Made by a program: the position numbers and the translations under genes
In this document: positions 35,984-45,540 of the stretch, piece by piece
Layout of the letters: each line of letters starts with the position of its first letter
How positions within the stretch are numbered: the stretch's first letter is position 1
Notes under the pieces: generated by a model
Seen by the model: the letters and a program-made list of their open reading frames with translations, nothing else
Databases searched by the model: none
Told to the model about the DNA's origin: nothing
DNA from: a virus
Lineage: Duplodnaviria; Heunggongvirae; Uroviricota; Caudoviricetes
DNA length: 64,000 nucleotides
Virus record (IMG/VR): IMGVR_UViG_3300010373_001364
Location: 48,116-112,115 of that record
Strand: one strand, 5' to 3'

Positions 35984-37254
35984 TGTCTACCAAGAAGATC
36001 AGGGGCGACCATGCAAGGTTCCGCAAGATCATCAACGGCAAGTTGAATGAACGGTTGAAGAAGTTCATCAAGACAGGACACATCCTTAAGATGCGTCCTG
36101 ATGGTAAGGGTAAGGTGTCTGTTCCCCTTCCGCAGATCGATCAACCGCAGTTCAGATTTGGTAAGCCAGACAGGGGGATATCTCGCGGTCCTGGCAAGCC
36201 GGGCGATACTATTGATAAAGAGTATGAGCCTGGATATGGACCCAATGCTGGAGAGAAGGGTGAGGGTAAAGGTATATTAGTGGACGTTGATATGGAAGAT
36301 GTCATCGCCGCTATGGAGGAGGATCTTCGCCTTCCCAGGATGAAACCGAAGAATTCCAATACTTATGACTGCCTGGAAACACACTACAATGACATCTCCA
36401 GAAATGGTCCGCGTTCCTTAGTTCACCGCCGTAGGACCATTAAACAGGCGATGAAGCGAAGTATCGCTCAAGGCACTTGGAATCAGAAAGTGCTTCTTCC
36501 TGGCTATACTGTTCCTATTCCAATGCTGAGTATTGATGATAGGGACTTCCTTTTCCGGCAATGGAATCAAGTTCGCGTTCCCAGCGCTAACGCTTTGATT
36601 GTGTTCGCCAGGGACGGTTCTGGCAGCATGGATGACTTCAAATGCAACATTGTTTCTGATTTGGCATTCTGGATCGAGACTTGGATTAAGAGAGACTACG
36701 ACAGGACTGAAACTCTCTATCTCTGGCACGACACTGTAGCTAAGGAAGTCAGCCAATATGACTTCTATCATGAACGTCATGGCGGTGGCACACTCTGTTC
36801 GTCCGTATTGCGGCTTTTGAGAAAACTGATCAGACTCAAGTACCCACCGCAAAAGTGGAACATCTACCTTGTCTACTTCGGCGATGGCGATAACCTCAAG
36901 AAAGACAATGCTCAATTCTTGGATCTACTTCTGGAACTTGAGGACAGCCTTAACATGGCTGGCATTGTTCAAATTTTAGCTACGGAGTGGGAAGACAGTC
37001 TGCGGCAGCATATTGATGATAATGTCGAGAAGTTCAAGAGTACCGACTTTATTCGCACCACTTCCGTAGGAGGGCACAAGGGTGAAGACGACGGTGATGG
37101 TGATGATGGTACTTATTACGGCAGCATGGGCTACACAGGCGATACAGAACGGGATGCACGCTTGGATGAAGAGATGAGGAGAGCCATTGTTGACATCTTA
37201 GGCGTCAGAGACGATGATGATGCAGAAGAATATGCGATGGGGGCTGCTATATGA
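35983..37254 (+). CDS. yeaH: YeaH/YhbH (DUF444) VWA protein
   Basis: RGDHARF, PRMKPK, RDGSGSM, GGGT, WNIY...GDGDN. Confidence 0.9.
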   Translation: MSTKKIRGDHARFRKIINGKLNERLKKFIKTGHILKMRPDGKGKVSVPLPQIDQPQFRFGKPDRGISRGPGKPGDTIDKEYEPGYGPNAGEKGEGKGILVDVDMEDVIAAMEEDLRLPRMKPKNSNTYDCLETHYNDISRNGPRSLVHRRRTIKQAMKRSIAQGTWNQKVLLPGYTVPIPMLSIDDRDFLFRQWNQVRVPSANALIVFARDGSGSMDDFKCNIVSDLAFWIETWIKRDYDRTETLYLWHDTVAKEVSQYDFYHERHGGGTLCSSVLRLLRKLIRLKYPPQKWNIYLVYFGDGDNLKKDNAQFLDLLLELEDSLNMAGIVQILATEWEDSLRQHIDDNVEKFKSTDFIRTTSVGGHKGEDDGDGDDGTYYGSMGYTGDTERDARLDEEMRRAIVDILGVRDDDDAEEYAMGAAI

Positions 37255-38870
37255 GAAAGAAGAGTGACTGGAGTGCAACAACACTGCTTTTTAACACCCC
37301 TATTCTCATGGGGGATAACACAATTCCTGGGTTGAAGATCCCCAAGGAATTGCAAGATGTCATCCCCGTTATTTTCAGGGCGGCAGATGAATTCGGCTTA
37401 GACTACTACGAAACCATCATCGAGTATATGGCTTACGACGGTATATCTGAGATAGCCGCGTATGATGGTTTCCCCCAAAGATATCCTCACTGGCGGTTTG
37501 GTATGTCTTATGAGGAACTATCGAAGGGGTACGAGTTCGGTATGCACCGCATCTTTGAGATGGTGATCAATAACCGACCTTGCGTGATGTATCTTCTTAA
37601 CAGCAACACCTACACCGATAATGTGACGGTAATTGGTCATGCTCTTGGTCACAATGACTTCTTCAAGAACAATACGTTCTACGCTAGGACGAACACCAAG
37701 ATGATGAATGAGTTCGGCAATAACCGAATTCGCATTCTTCAAATCATGTCTCGCTGGGGGGAAGAGACTGTAGAGGCTTTCATTGATGACTGTCTCGCCA
37801 TTGAGAATCTGATTGACCCGGCGAGTGCCTGGAAGAAGACGGAGTATAGCGACCCCCTTCTTTATGATGAGAGGGAGTATCAATTCCCTCGTCGCCTCAA
37901 GGTTCCAGAGGGTCATGATTACATGGAGGACTGGATCAATCCGAGGGAATGGATTGATGAAGAATGGAAGCGAATCAAAAAGGAGGAGAAGAAAAGGGAT
38001 CTTGGCATCATCGAAATGTACGACAAGGACATTGTGAAGTTTCTTCTCGAAAATGCTCCGCTGAAACCTTGGGAACAACAAGTCCTCGGCATCATTTACG
38101 ATGAGGCACTCTACTTTGCCCCACAAGGTATGACGCAGGTAGCTAATGAAGGCTGGGCGTCGTTCGTGGACTTCAACTTAATGGCTCGCGTTGGTATGCC
38201 TAATTGCAGCATCTGGGCATACGCCGATCACAAGGCTAGGGTATTAGGTGGTAAGTGGTCTGAGAACCCTTACAAACTCGGCTTGGAGTTGTTTTTTGAC
38301 ATCGAGGAACGCTGGAATAAGGGTCGTTTTGGAAGAGAATACGAAAAGTGCGAAGACAACCAGCGCAAGGAGAATTGGGATTTACAGCTTGGTTTGGGAC
38401 ACCAGAAGGTGTTTGAAGTTCGCGAGAGGTACAATGATGTCACCATGATCGCGGAATTCTTCACAGAGGATTTCTGTCGAAAACATGATTTCTACAATTG
38501 GGAGCGCCGCGTCAGTGGTGAACCAGGGGTCGAGGCGGAATACAAGCTGGTGGACCGCGACTGGAAGAAGACGAGGAATATGCTGATTCAGCGACGCCTA
38601 AACAGAGGCTTGCCAGAGATCAGACTTGTGGACCCCAACGGTAAAGGAAAAAACATTTTGGTCGTCCAGCACACTTGGGATGGTCGCACCATGCACCCTA
38701 AATACACTCGCGAGGCACTTCGTTCCCTGGCGAGGATTTGGAGGAATCCTGTTGCGCTTCTAACAAAGAACGAGGAGGAGGAGGACAGCATCTACTACTG
38801 CTCCCCAGACCTCAACATCGTCAAGGAGTTGAAGAGGAACGAGTGGCTACAAAAATGGTCACAATTGTGA
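37251..38870 (+). CDS. spoVR: SpoVR/YcgB family protein
   Basis: RYPHWRFG, IFEMVIN, VIGHALGHNDFFKNN, ANEGWAS, NPYKLG. Confidence 0.92.
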   Translation: MRKKSDWSATTLLFNTPILMGDNTIPGLKIPKELQDVIPVIFRAADEFGLDYYETIIEYMAYDGISEIAAYDGFPQRYPHWRFGMSYEELSKGYEFGMHRIFEMVINNRPCVMYLLNSNTYTDNVTVIGHALGHNDFFKNNTFYARTNTKMMNEFGNNRIRILQIMSRWGEETVEAFIDDCLAIENLIDPASAWKKTEYSDPLLYDEREYQFPRRLKVPEGHDYMEDWINPREWIDEEWKRIKKEEKKRDLGIIEMYDKDIVKFLLENAPLKPWEQQVLGIIYDEALYFAPQGMTQVANEGWASFVDFNLMARVGMPNCSIWAYADHKARVLGGKWSENPYKLGLELFFDIEERWNKGRFGREYEKCEDNQRKENWDLQLGLGHQKVFEVRERYNDVTMIAEFFTEDFCRKHDFYNWERRVSGEPGVEAEYKLVDRDWKKTRNMLIQRRLNRGLPEIRLVDPNGKGKNILVVQHTWDGRTMHPKYTREALRSLARIWRNPVALLTKNEEEEDSIYYCSPDLNIVKELKRNEWLQKWSQL

Positions 38871-38890
38871 TTTGACATCTGAGGATATTT

Positions 38891-39301
38891 ATGGCAAAAA
38901 AGATTGAGTTGAGTGATCCAAAGGTCAGAGGTAACATCAAGGACTTCGTTCTCCTGATGCTTGGGGCACCAGTAGTAAAGATAGAACTTGACGAAAACCA
39001 AGTGGCATTGTGTGTTGACCGTACTTGTGACATGATGGAAACGTCTTCGAGAGTTACTAAGTGGAGTGACTCCTTGAAGTTGTTAGTTGCTCAAGACGGT
39101 GCTTTAGCACAAGCCAAGTTGATCCTTGGTCGCGTTCGTGCGAAATACGGATTCATCGACACAAAGGGGGTGAAATCCAAGTCGAAATCCACCACGAACA
39201 GTTTTGTCCCGTTGGACGGGCACCAGTTGCTTCAGGAAGGGGAGAGGCAATACCAATCTTGGCAACTGAAGGTGTTTGGTAAGGTCAATGATGAAGACTG
39301 A
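38891..39301 (+). CDS. short protein resembling T4 gp13 neck protein
   Basis: IKDFVLLMLGAPVVKIELDENQV ... LDGHQLLQEG. Confidence 0.55.
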   Translation: MAKKIELSDPKVRGNIKDFVLLMLGAPVVKIELDENQVALCVDRTCDMMETSSRVTKWSDSLKLLVAQDGALAQAKLILGRVRAKYGFIDTKGVKSKSKSTTNSFVPLDGHQLLQEGERQYQSWQLKVFGKVNDED

Positions 39302-39381
39302 TTCATCGCCCTTACCAAACACCACACATAGCGATGACTTTTAGTCATTCTTTTCCGCGTTGTTTCTTTCGAGGTTTCACA

Positions 39382-40446
39382 ATGAAGAAGTTTATCGGTG
39401 CGCTCCTTTGCAGCGCCCTAGTGGCGCTGAGTTTGGGTTTCGCTGGGGCGTCTGATGCCCCCAAGACTGACAATAAGCCCGCTGCTCAGCAGAAGGCTCC
39501 CACCAGCAAGGGTGATTGCTGCAAAGCGGAGAAGAAGGGAACTCCGCAGGTTATCGATCCGAAGTACAGGAACCTGCCCAAGAAGGATGATGTCGCGCAG
39601 CACCTTCAGGACATCTCCGTCACCATCCGTGCTGGTAGTGCTGAAGGTTCCGGTGTTATCACCAATGTGAATGGTGTCAATTACGTCTGGACCGCCGGTC
39701 ATGTTGTTGCCCATCTCCGCAACACTCGTACCATCATCGACGGTAGCGGCAGCCCGAAGGTGGTTGTCGAGTTCGATGATGCTGAAGTCGTCAAGGTTTT
39801 GGTTGAGGACGGTCGTACCGTGGGTCAGATGCGTTTCAACGCCGAGGTGATTCGTTACAGTGATGCCGACCACGGCGAGGACTTGGCTCTACTCCGCGTC
39901 CGCAAAAAGAACCTGTCTGCCGAGCGCGTCCACTTCTATCTAGACAAGAAGATTCCGGCTATCGGAACCCCGCTGTTTCATGTTGGTAGCTTGCTAGGTC
40001 AGGGTGGTAGCAACAGCATGACTGCTGGTATCGTCAGCCAGCAAGGTCGTGTGTATCAGGGTACGATCTATGATCAGACTACCTGCCCCGCCTTTCCTGG
40101 TAGCTCCGGTGGTGGCGTTTACCTTCAGGACGGTCGCTATATGGCGATGTTGGTTCGCGGTGCCGGTGAGACGTTCAACTTGGTTGTTCCCATCCGCCGT
40201 ATGTACAAGTGGGCGAAGAAGGTTGGTGTGGATTTCACACTTGATCCCAGCGTCAATGCGCCGGATGACGACACCCTGAAGGCTCGCTCCATCGAGGACA
40301 CCCCGAAGGGAGGAAGCCATGCAGCAGCAGCCCGTATTGGTCGCGGTGATTACAACAGCACGCAGTTCAACTTCATGATCAGGGACACTGCCCCTGCCGC
40401 GAAGGAGAAGAAGGGCGGTCTAACCATCAAGATCGGTGGCGAATAA
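39382..40446 (+). CDS. secreted trypsin-like serine protease
   Basis: Signal peptide; triad WTAGHV, EDLALL, FPGSSGGG. Confidence 0.88.
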   Translation: MKKFIGALLCSALVALSLGFAGASDAPKTDNKPAAQQKAPTSKGDCCKAEKKGTPQVIDPKYRNLPKKDDVAQHLQDISVTIRAGSAEGSGVITNVNGVNYVWTAGHVVAHLRNTRTIIDGSGSPKVVVEFDDAEVVKVLVEDGRTVGQMRFNAEVIRYSDADHGEDLALLRVRKKNLSAERVHFYLDKKIPAIGTPLFHVGSLLGQGGSNSMTAGIVSQQGRVYQGTIYDQTTCPAFPGSSGGGVYLQDGRYMAMLVRGAGETFNLVVPIRRMYKWAKKVGVDFTLDPSVNAPDDDTLKARSIEDTPKGGSHAAAARIGRGDYNSTQFNFMIRDTAPAAKEKKGGLTIKIGGE

Positions 40447-40463
40447 GCTCAAAAAGCAAACCG

Positions 40464-40504
40464 ACAAACCCCGGTAGTCAACCAACTACCGGGGTTTGTT
40501 TTTT
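40464..40504 (+). terminator. intrinsic terminator
   Basis: ACAAACCCCGGTAGT-CAACCA-ACTACCGGGGTTTGT followed by T run. Confidence 0.85.
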
Positions 40505-40513
40505 GGAGGCATC

Positions 40514-40816
40514 ATGCTTACGTTACTTTCTGTTGCTTATGCACTTTTGAATGTTGCTGACTTGGTGATTACTCTTCTTCTCATTGATCATTTTAAGTCT
40601 AACATTGAAGGCAATCCTATTGCTTGTCTTTGTTATCAGCAAGGAGGGGCTTTGGGCATGGTGGCTCTCAAGGTTTTGATGACCACTTTCGTGATTGGCG
40701 CTGTTTACCACGTCTACAAACGAAAGCCTCATTACTCCTTCTTTGTGATCGGTTTGGGTTGTGTCATCATGGCGTTCACGCTAGGATATAGCCTGCACTT
40801 AGGATTCCTTTTGTAA
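40514..40816 (+). CDS. DUF5658-like membrane protein
   Basis: LNVADLVIT...EGNP plus hydrophobic helices. Confidence 0.65.
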   Translation: MLTLLSVAYALLNVADLVITLLLIDHFKSNIEGNPIACLCYQQGGALGMVALKVLMTTFVIGAVYHVYKRKPHYSFFVIGLGCVIMAFTLGYSLHLGFLL

Positions 40817-40825
40817 CAAACAGCC

Positions 40826-41461
40826 ATGATTGATCCAACCAAAATCACCAACTTCGCTCTGAACAAATATCAGCTTCAGGAAATGGCAGTCTTCTGGGTT
40901 CTGGTAGCCGGCAAGACTGCCAGAACCACAGCGCGTTTGTTGGAGAACATGCTCCAGCGCCTCCACAAAGAATACGACATACCACAACTGCGTCCCTTTG
41001 ACGTAATCAGGATGTACGATGAGGACAATCCAGACGGCGGTTTGGAGAGCCTCATGAAGAGTTGTGGCTTTGGCTGTCATAGAGCCAAAGCGCGTGGTCT
41101 GCGTGACTTGATCTCCAAGAGACTTGATCTCAAAACTTGCAGCGTCGAGCAACTTGAGTCGGTTCACTGTATCGGTCCCAAGACTGCACGTTGTTTTGTG
41201 ATGCATACCAGACCCAATGTAAGGCACGCCGGTCTGGACACCCACCTTCTCAAGTGGCTTAAGAGCCTGGGTTACAAGGTTCCAGCCAGTACCCCAACCG
41301 GCAAAGTATACAAGAGACTTGAAAGTGTGTTTCTGGCAATTGCTGATGCCCTTGAGATGTCGGCGGCTGAACTTGATTTAGCCATCTGGAACGCCTACAG
41401 TACAGGTGGAGAATACAAGATAGATACACCTAACATCAAACTGCCAAAGCAGGAGGTATAA
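40826..41461 (+). CDS. HhH-GPD DNA glycosylase, 8-oxoguanine glycosylase-like
   Basis: HhH motif LESVHCIGPKTAR; LDTHLLKWL; ELDLAIW. Confidence 0.75.
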   Translation: MIDPTKITNFALNKYQLQEMAVFWVLVAGKTARTTARLLENMLQRLHKEYDIPQLRPFDVIRMYDEDNPDGGLESLMKSCGFGCHRAKARGLRDLISKRLDLKTCSVEQLESVHCIGPKTARCFVMHTRPNVRHAGLDTHLLKWLKSLGYKVPASTPTGKVYKRLESVFLAIADALEMSAAELDLAIWNAYSTGGEYKIDTPNIKLPKQEV

Positions 41462-41685
41462 TGGGCGCAACAAGTGTCACTGGAGTGGGTCCGGGTTCAG
41501 GTGGTTCGGCGCATCACACCCTTGGGGTAAATCATCTTATCGGTCCCAGGTGGACCGAAGAGAAGGAGCAAGAGTTTGCCAAGTTGAAGAAGTCAGTAGC
41601 TCGTCTTTGGTTACTGAACCTCATTGCTAACATTGGTTTCTTCTTCATGGCGCTTGCCTACTATCTCTACTCTCTTTCAAGGTGA
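41461..41685 (+). CDS. small membrane protein
   Basis: C-terminal hydrophobic helix; SD AGGAGG. Confidence 0.65.
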   Translation: MGATSVTGVGPGSGGSAHHTLGVNHLIGPRWTEEKEQEFAKLKKSVARLWLLNLIANIGFFFMALAYYLYSLSR

Positions 41686-41687
41686 TC

Positions 41688-41822
41688 ATGTGCCTAAGAC
41701 TTTATAGTTCTGATGACATACCTGACATCAGGAAACCGAATTACCTGAAGTGGATTGTAGTTCTAATGGCTCTCCAGCTTCTTGTATCATCAATTCATTT
41801 GGTTGTTTATTTGGTGAGGTAA
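41688..41822 (+). CDS. small membrane protein, 44 aa (not in ORF track)
   Basis: MCLRLYSSDDIPDIRKPNYLKWIVVLMALQLLVSSIHLVVYLVR fills the gap before dnaE-N. Confidence 0.5.
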   Translation: MCLRLYSSDDIPDIRKPNYLKWIVVLMALQLLVSSIHLVVYLVR

Positions 41823-41823
41823 T

Positions 41824-43170
41824 ATGCAGAGAGAAGTGGGCTTTGAACATCTTCATTTACACACCGATTTCTCATTGCTGGACGGCTATGGTCAGGTTGA
41901 GGAGTACGCTGATCGTGCCCCGCAGATCAACCAGAAGTTTCTTTGTGTGACAGACCACGGCATGATGGGGGCTATCCCTCGTCAGATCCGTGCCTGCGAG
42001 GTGGTGGGCATCTCACCGATATTCGGTTGTGAGTTGTACTTGAACGACAAGCATGTGCCGAAGTCGGAAATGGCACAGTTGTCAGACTCAGAAAAAGAAG
42101 AGGCTGGGAGAAATTACCATCTTCTCGCCATCTCTTATACTAACGAGGGTTATTCTAACCTCGTCCAACTTAGTTCAAAGGCTTGGCAGCAGTTTTACAA
42201 GAAGCCGAGGGTTAAGTACGACCAGATCGACCAACACAAGGAAGGTATCATCTTTACTTCCTCATGTTACATCGGCGAGATTGGTCAAACCTTTGATCGT
42301 TTTGGTCCCGACGCAGCAGAAGACGTGTTGAGGAGGTATATTGATTGGTTCTCTCCTGATTTCTATCTGGAGATGATGCTCCTCGATTTTGTGAAACAGG
42401 CTCCGTATGATGCATGGCTTGTCAAGATGCATGATAAGTACCATGTGCCCATGATCGTTACCGGAGATTGCCATTACTGCCGTAAACAGGATTCTCAACA
42501 GCAGCGACGTATGTTGATGATTCGCGGTAAGAAAACCGAGAAGGATTTTGAGAACATCGAAGACGGTAAAGATTACTTTGAGCTTCAGGATAGCAATTTG
42601 TGGATGAAGTCGGAGGAAGAACTCGATGAGATGTGGCGACTGAAATACTCAAATATCATCCCCGCCGACATCTATACTCAAGCGAAGCGGAACACAGTTG
42701 AGATCGCTCGCAAGGCGTCAGGCGTTGAGATTGACCGTTCTATCAAGCTTCCGCAAATTCCTGATGCAGATCACCGCTTCAAGGAGGCGGTAATGGCGGG
42801 CTATAAGTGGCGTGGCTTGGGGATGAAGAACAAATACATCAACCGCCTCACAGAAGAAGTTAATCTCATCTGCAAGAAAGGATTCGCCGCTTACTTCCTT
42901 ATTCAACAGGAGATCATCAGAGAGGCTCGCAGGGTTTGTCCTCAACTTCTTGGCTGGGGAAAGGGTGATGAAGCTGTTGGTCCTGGGCGTGGTTCTTGTG
43001 TGGGTTCTCTTGTTTGTTACTGTCTTGGTATTACTGACGTAGACCCGTTGAAACACGACTTGTTGTTCAGCCGTTTCCTAAGTGAGGCGCGCGGCGGCAG
43101 GGAGATGAAGACGCGATTTAGTGGTGTTCCGATCCCTGAACCGATAGAGGATTGTGAAGATGCTGCTTAA
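41824..43170 (+). CDS. dnaE: DNA polymerase III alpha, N-terminal part (PHP domain to GRGS motif)
   Basis: HLHLHTDFSLLDG, TDHG, GCELY, DCHY, GPGRGSCVGSLVCYCLGITDVDPLKHDLLFSRFL, then stop. Confidence 0.92.
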   Translation: MQREVGFEHLHLHTDFSLLDGYGQVEEYADRAPQINQKFLCVTDHGMMGAIPRQIRACEVVGISPIFGCELYLNDKHVPKSEMAQLSDSEKEEAGRNYHLLAISYTNEGYSNLVQLSSKAWQQFYKKPRVKYDQIDQHKEGIIFTSSCYIGEIGQTFDRFGPDAAEDVLRRYIDWFSPDFYLEMMLLDFVKQAPYDAWLVKMHDKYHVPMIVTGDCHYCRKQDSQQQRRMLMIRGKKTEKDFENIEDGKDYFELQDSNLWMKSEEELDEMWRLKYSNIIPADIYTQAKRNTVEIARKASGVEIDRSIKLPQIPDADHRFKEAVMAGYKWRGLGMKNKYINRLTEEVNLICKKGFAAYFLIQQEIIREARRVCPQLLGWGKGDEAVGPGRGSCVGSLVCYCLGITDVDPLKHDLLFSRFLSEARGGREMKTRFSGVPIPEPIEDCEDAA

Positions 43171-43336
43171 CGACACGCAGAGGGGGTGGTTGGTTGACTT
43201 TGTGCGTGATACGGGGAGAACAGATCAGGAAAAATCCACTTCATGCTCAATTTCTTAATGACGAAGAATATGTTGTCTTCGTTCATTGATCATATTGGCA
43301 GCAATTACGGTTTCCGATTACCAAAAGAGGAGAAAG

Positions 43337-43684
43337 ATGGAAAAGATTCAACACAAGAAGGGGAAGCGCGGGTCGCAGGGTCTGACACGCCGACAGAAGT
43401 TAGACAAGAGGAAGGGCAGGATGGGTCACGGCTGGGGTAAGGCTCGCAGAGATGACAATGGCTCTCCTCGTTACAGCAAACCCAGCCCTCACATCTTTGC
43501 AACTGAGAGATGGGTAGTCACTCCCCCAGCCAACATCAAGCAGAGGGTGATGGCTTTCTTGTCTGAGAAGAGGGCTACTGAGGTGGCTATTGGGATCGCC
43601 AACAATCACGATATGGGCGTCGAGATTGATCATCAGGTTATGAATGAGAATGGTGAGTGGGTAAGCGCACCAGATGAGGAGTAA
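43337..43684 (+). CDS. basic hypothetical protein
   Basis: SD GAGGAG; K/R-rich N-terminus. Confidence 0.6.
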   Translation: MEKIQHKKGKRGSQGLTRRQKLDKRKGRMGHGWGKARRDDNGSPRYSKPSPHIFATERWVVTPPANIKQRVMAFLSEKRATEVAIGIANNHDMGVEIDHQVMNENGEWVSAPDEE

Positions 43685-43685
43685 A

Positions 43686-44018
43686 ATGTCTTCAGTAGTA
43701 GAGGAAATGCCGGCAACTCTTGATGTACCAGAGGAGGGTGTAAATACCGACACCAAGTCAGGTATTTTACCTCCTTATAATGTCATTATCAAGAATGACG
43801 ATTTTCATACAATGGCTTTTGTCATTCTTGTTTTGATGGAGGTGTTTGGCTACGACAAGACGAAATCCTTCAAGCTTATGGCTTTAATCCACACTGAAGG
43901 GGAGACTATTGTCTGGACGGGTCAAAAAGAAGTCGCTGAACTAAAGGCAGAGCAAGTATCTTCCCGACGCGAAGGCGATCTTGGACCTCTTGATGTTCGC
44001 ATTGCGCCCGCTAGGTAA
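43686..44018 (+). CDS. clpS: ClpS N-end-rule adaptor
   Basis: PPYNVIIKNDDFHTMAFVILVLMEVF...MALIHTEG. Confidence 0.88.
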   Translation: MSSVVEEMPATLDVPEEGVNTDTKSGILPPYNVIIKNDDFHTMAFVILVLMEVFGYDKTKSFKLMALIHTEGETIVWTGQKEVAELKAEQVSSRREGDLGPLDVRIAPAR

Positions 44019-44080
44019 TTCAAGCCATTACTGCTGTTTGTTGCAATTTAAGAAAATGCGAGGAACTTCCATAAACGAAA

Positions 44081-44104
44081 AGAGCCTCCTAAAAAGGAGG
44101 CTCT
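44081..44104. terminator. hairpin between convergent genes
   Basis: AGAGCCTCCT-AAAA-AGGAGGCTCT. Confidence 0.6.
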
Positions 44105-44122
44105 CGTCGTTTGGTGTCAGGG

Positions 44123-45466
44123 TTACTGCATCCCCATACCGCCCATGCCACCCATTCCACCCATTCCCATACCACCTGCGGGACCGTCCATGCCCATGCC
44201 GGTGTCGCCGACACCTTGATGATCATCATCCTCTTCGTCGTCGTCGTCATCATTCTCGCCGTCGTCGTCATCCTCATCGTCGGCTAGGTCATCGTCATCA
44301 TCGTCATCGTCGTCGTCGTCATCCTCGTCCTCGCCTTCATCATCATCGCCGGCTAGGTCATCTAGTTCGTCGTCTTCGTGATGGTGGTCTTCATCGCCTT
44401 CTTCGGGTTCCATATCGCCACCAGCGTCATCCATGCCGGTGCCACCACCGCCCGTACCACCGCCCATGCCGCCCATCATGTCGTCCTCGCCCATGCCCTG
44501 CATACCACCGGCACCCGTTGCAGCAGCACCACCAGCACCGCTGCCGCCGTTAACTGGAGGCATACCACCACCATTGTCCATTCCGCCGCTCATGCCCGGC
44601 TGAGGCATACCTTGCGCTCCCTGAAGTGCGCCGCCTCCACCGAAAGCACCGCCTTGTGGTGCGCCGCCGCCCTGCTGTTGCTGGGATGGAGAGCCTGCAC
44701 TGGCTGGACCTGGGCTACCTTCTCCAACTCTGGAGGGGCTAACACCTTCAAAGAACATAACGATTTTGCGCTCGATCATCTTGCCAAAATCGCCGCGTGC
44801 TGCCTCATTCAGGTGTTCGTAGGTTTCTGGGTGAGTCAAGACCTCAGCGACAAGGAGATGAAAACCATCATTCCTCTTGAGTTCACGAACCATGCGGCGC
44901 ATCATATTCTCATTGGTGAGCATGAGGTGTGCCACATACTTCATGGTCTGTGCTGGTTCTGGGACGTACTCGCGACCGTAAAGATCACGCACCGCAGGAG
45001 TTGGAACCTTCTTTACGTCCTCAAGGAGATGTTTGGTGAACTGAACATCACTCATGCTTCTGGTTTTGTCCAGAAACTGTTCCACCTTCATGCCCTTTTT
45101 CATGCCCTTCTTCTTGGGCATCTTCTTGGGCATCTTCTTCGTCTTGACGCCGACCTTTTTGGTCTTGTCAGTCGGCTTCTGCCCCAAAGGTGCAGAGTTC
45201 TTTGGAGTCAAGCCGCCGCTGGACAAGTCGCCAAGTGGTTTGCCGCGATCTTTTGGGGTATCAGCGGTCATCAAGCCTGGATTTTTCTCACGGTTAGACC
45301 CAGAATAGTATTCTTCAGGCTGGAGACGCTGCTGCGTCGGCGTGGTGCCAATAGAGAGATCACCCTTGTAGTCCCTGTTGGCGAAACCATTGTCGTCACT
45401 CACAACGCCGTTGGAATAAACCTGGGATCGCTCAGCAAGGTAGTCTTTGAAGTTTTTGAAACTCAT
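44123..45466 (-). CDS. low-complexity Gly/Met/Asp-rich protein
   Basis: SD GGAGG; MSFKNFKDYLAE; G/M/Q-rich region and long poly-Asp tract. Confidence 0.8.
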   Translation of the reverse strand: MSFKNFKDYLAERSQVYSNGVVSDDNGFANRDYKGDLSIGTTPTQQRLQPEEYYSGSNREKNPGLMTADTPKDRGKPLGDLSSGGLTPKNSAPLGQKPTDKTKKVGVKTKKMPKKMPKKKGMKKGMKVEQFLDKTRSMSDVQFTKHLLEDVKKVPTPAVRDLYGREYVPEPAQTMKYVAHLMLTNENMMRRMVRELKRNDGFHLLVAEVLTHPETYEHLNEAARGDFGKMIERKIVMFFEGVSPSRVGEGSPGPASAGSPSQQQQGGGAPQGGAFGGGGALQGAQGMPQPGMSGGMDNGGGMPPVNGGSGAGGAAATGAGGMQGMGEDDMMGGMGGGTGGGGTGMDDAGGDMEPEEGDEDHHHEDDELDDLAGDDDEGEDEDDDDDDDDDDDDLADDEDDDDGENDDDDDEEDDDHQGVGDTGMGMDGPAGGMGMGGMGGMGGMGMQ

Positions 45467-45540
45467 AGCCTTCGTTCCTCCGTTTGGAGATATATAGCCG
45501 CGTCGGATTTTTTCTTCCTCGTACCGCTAGGGTATATAGC

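Noticed and set aside
43160-43440. Possible -1 frameshift at GGAAAAAT joining a 32-aa ORF to ORF 43243..43440
   Set aside because: Not a canonical slippery heptamer, no downstream structure seen, and the product would overlap ORF 43337 which has a strong SD.
44200-44420. CRISPR or tandem repeat array
   Set aside because: TCA/TCG trinucleotide runs encode the poly-Asp tract; no repeat-spacer periodicity here or elsewhere in the window.
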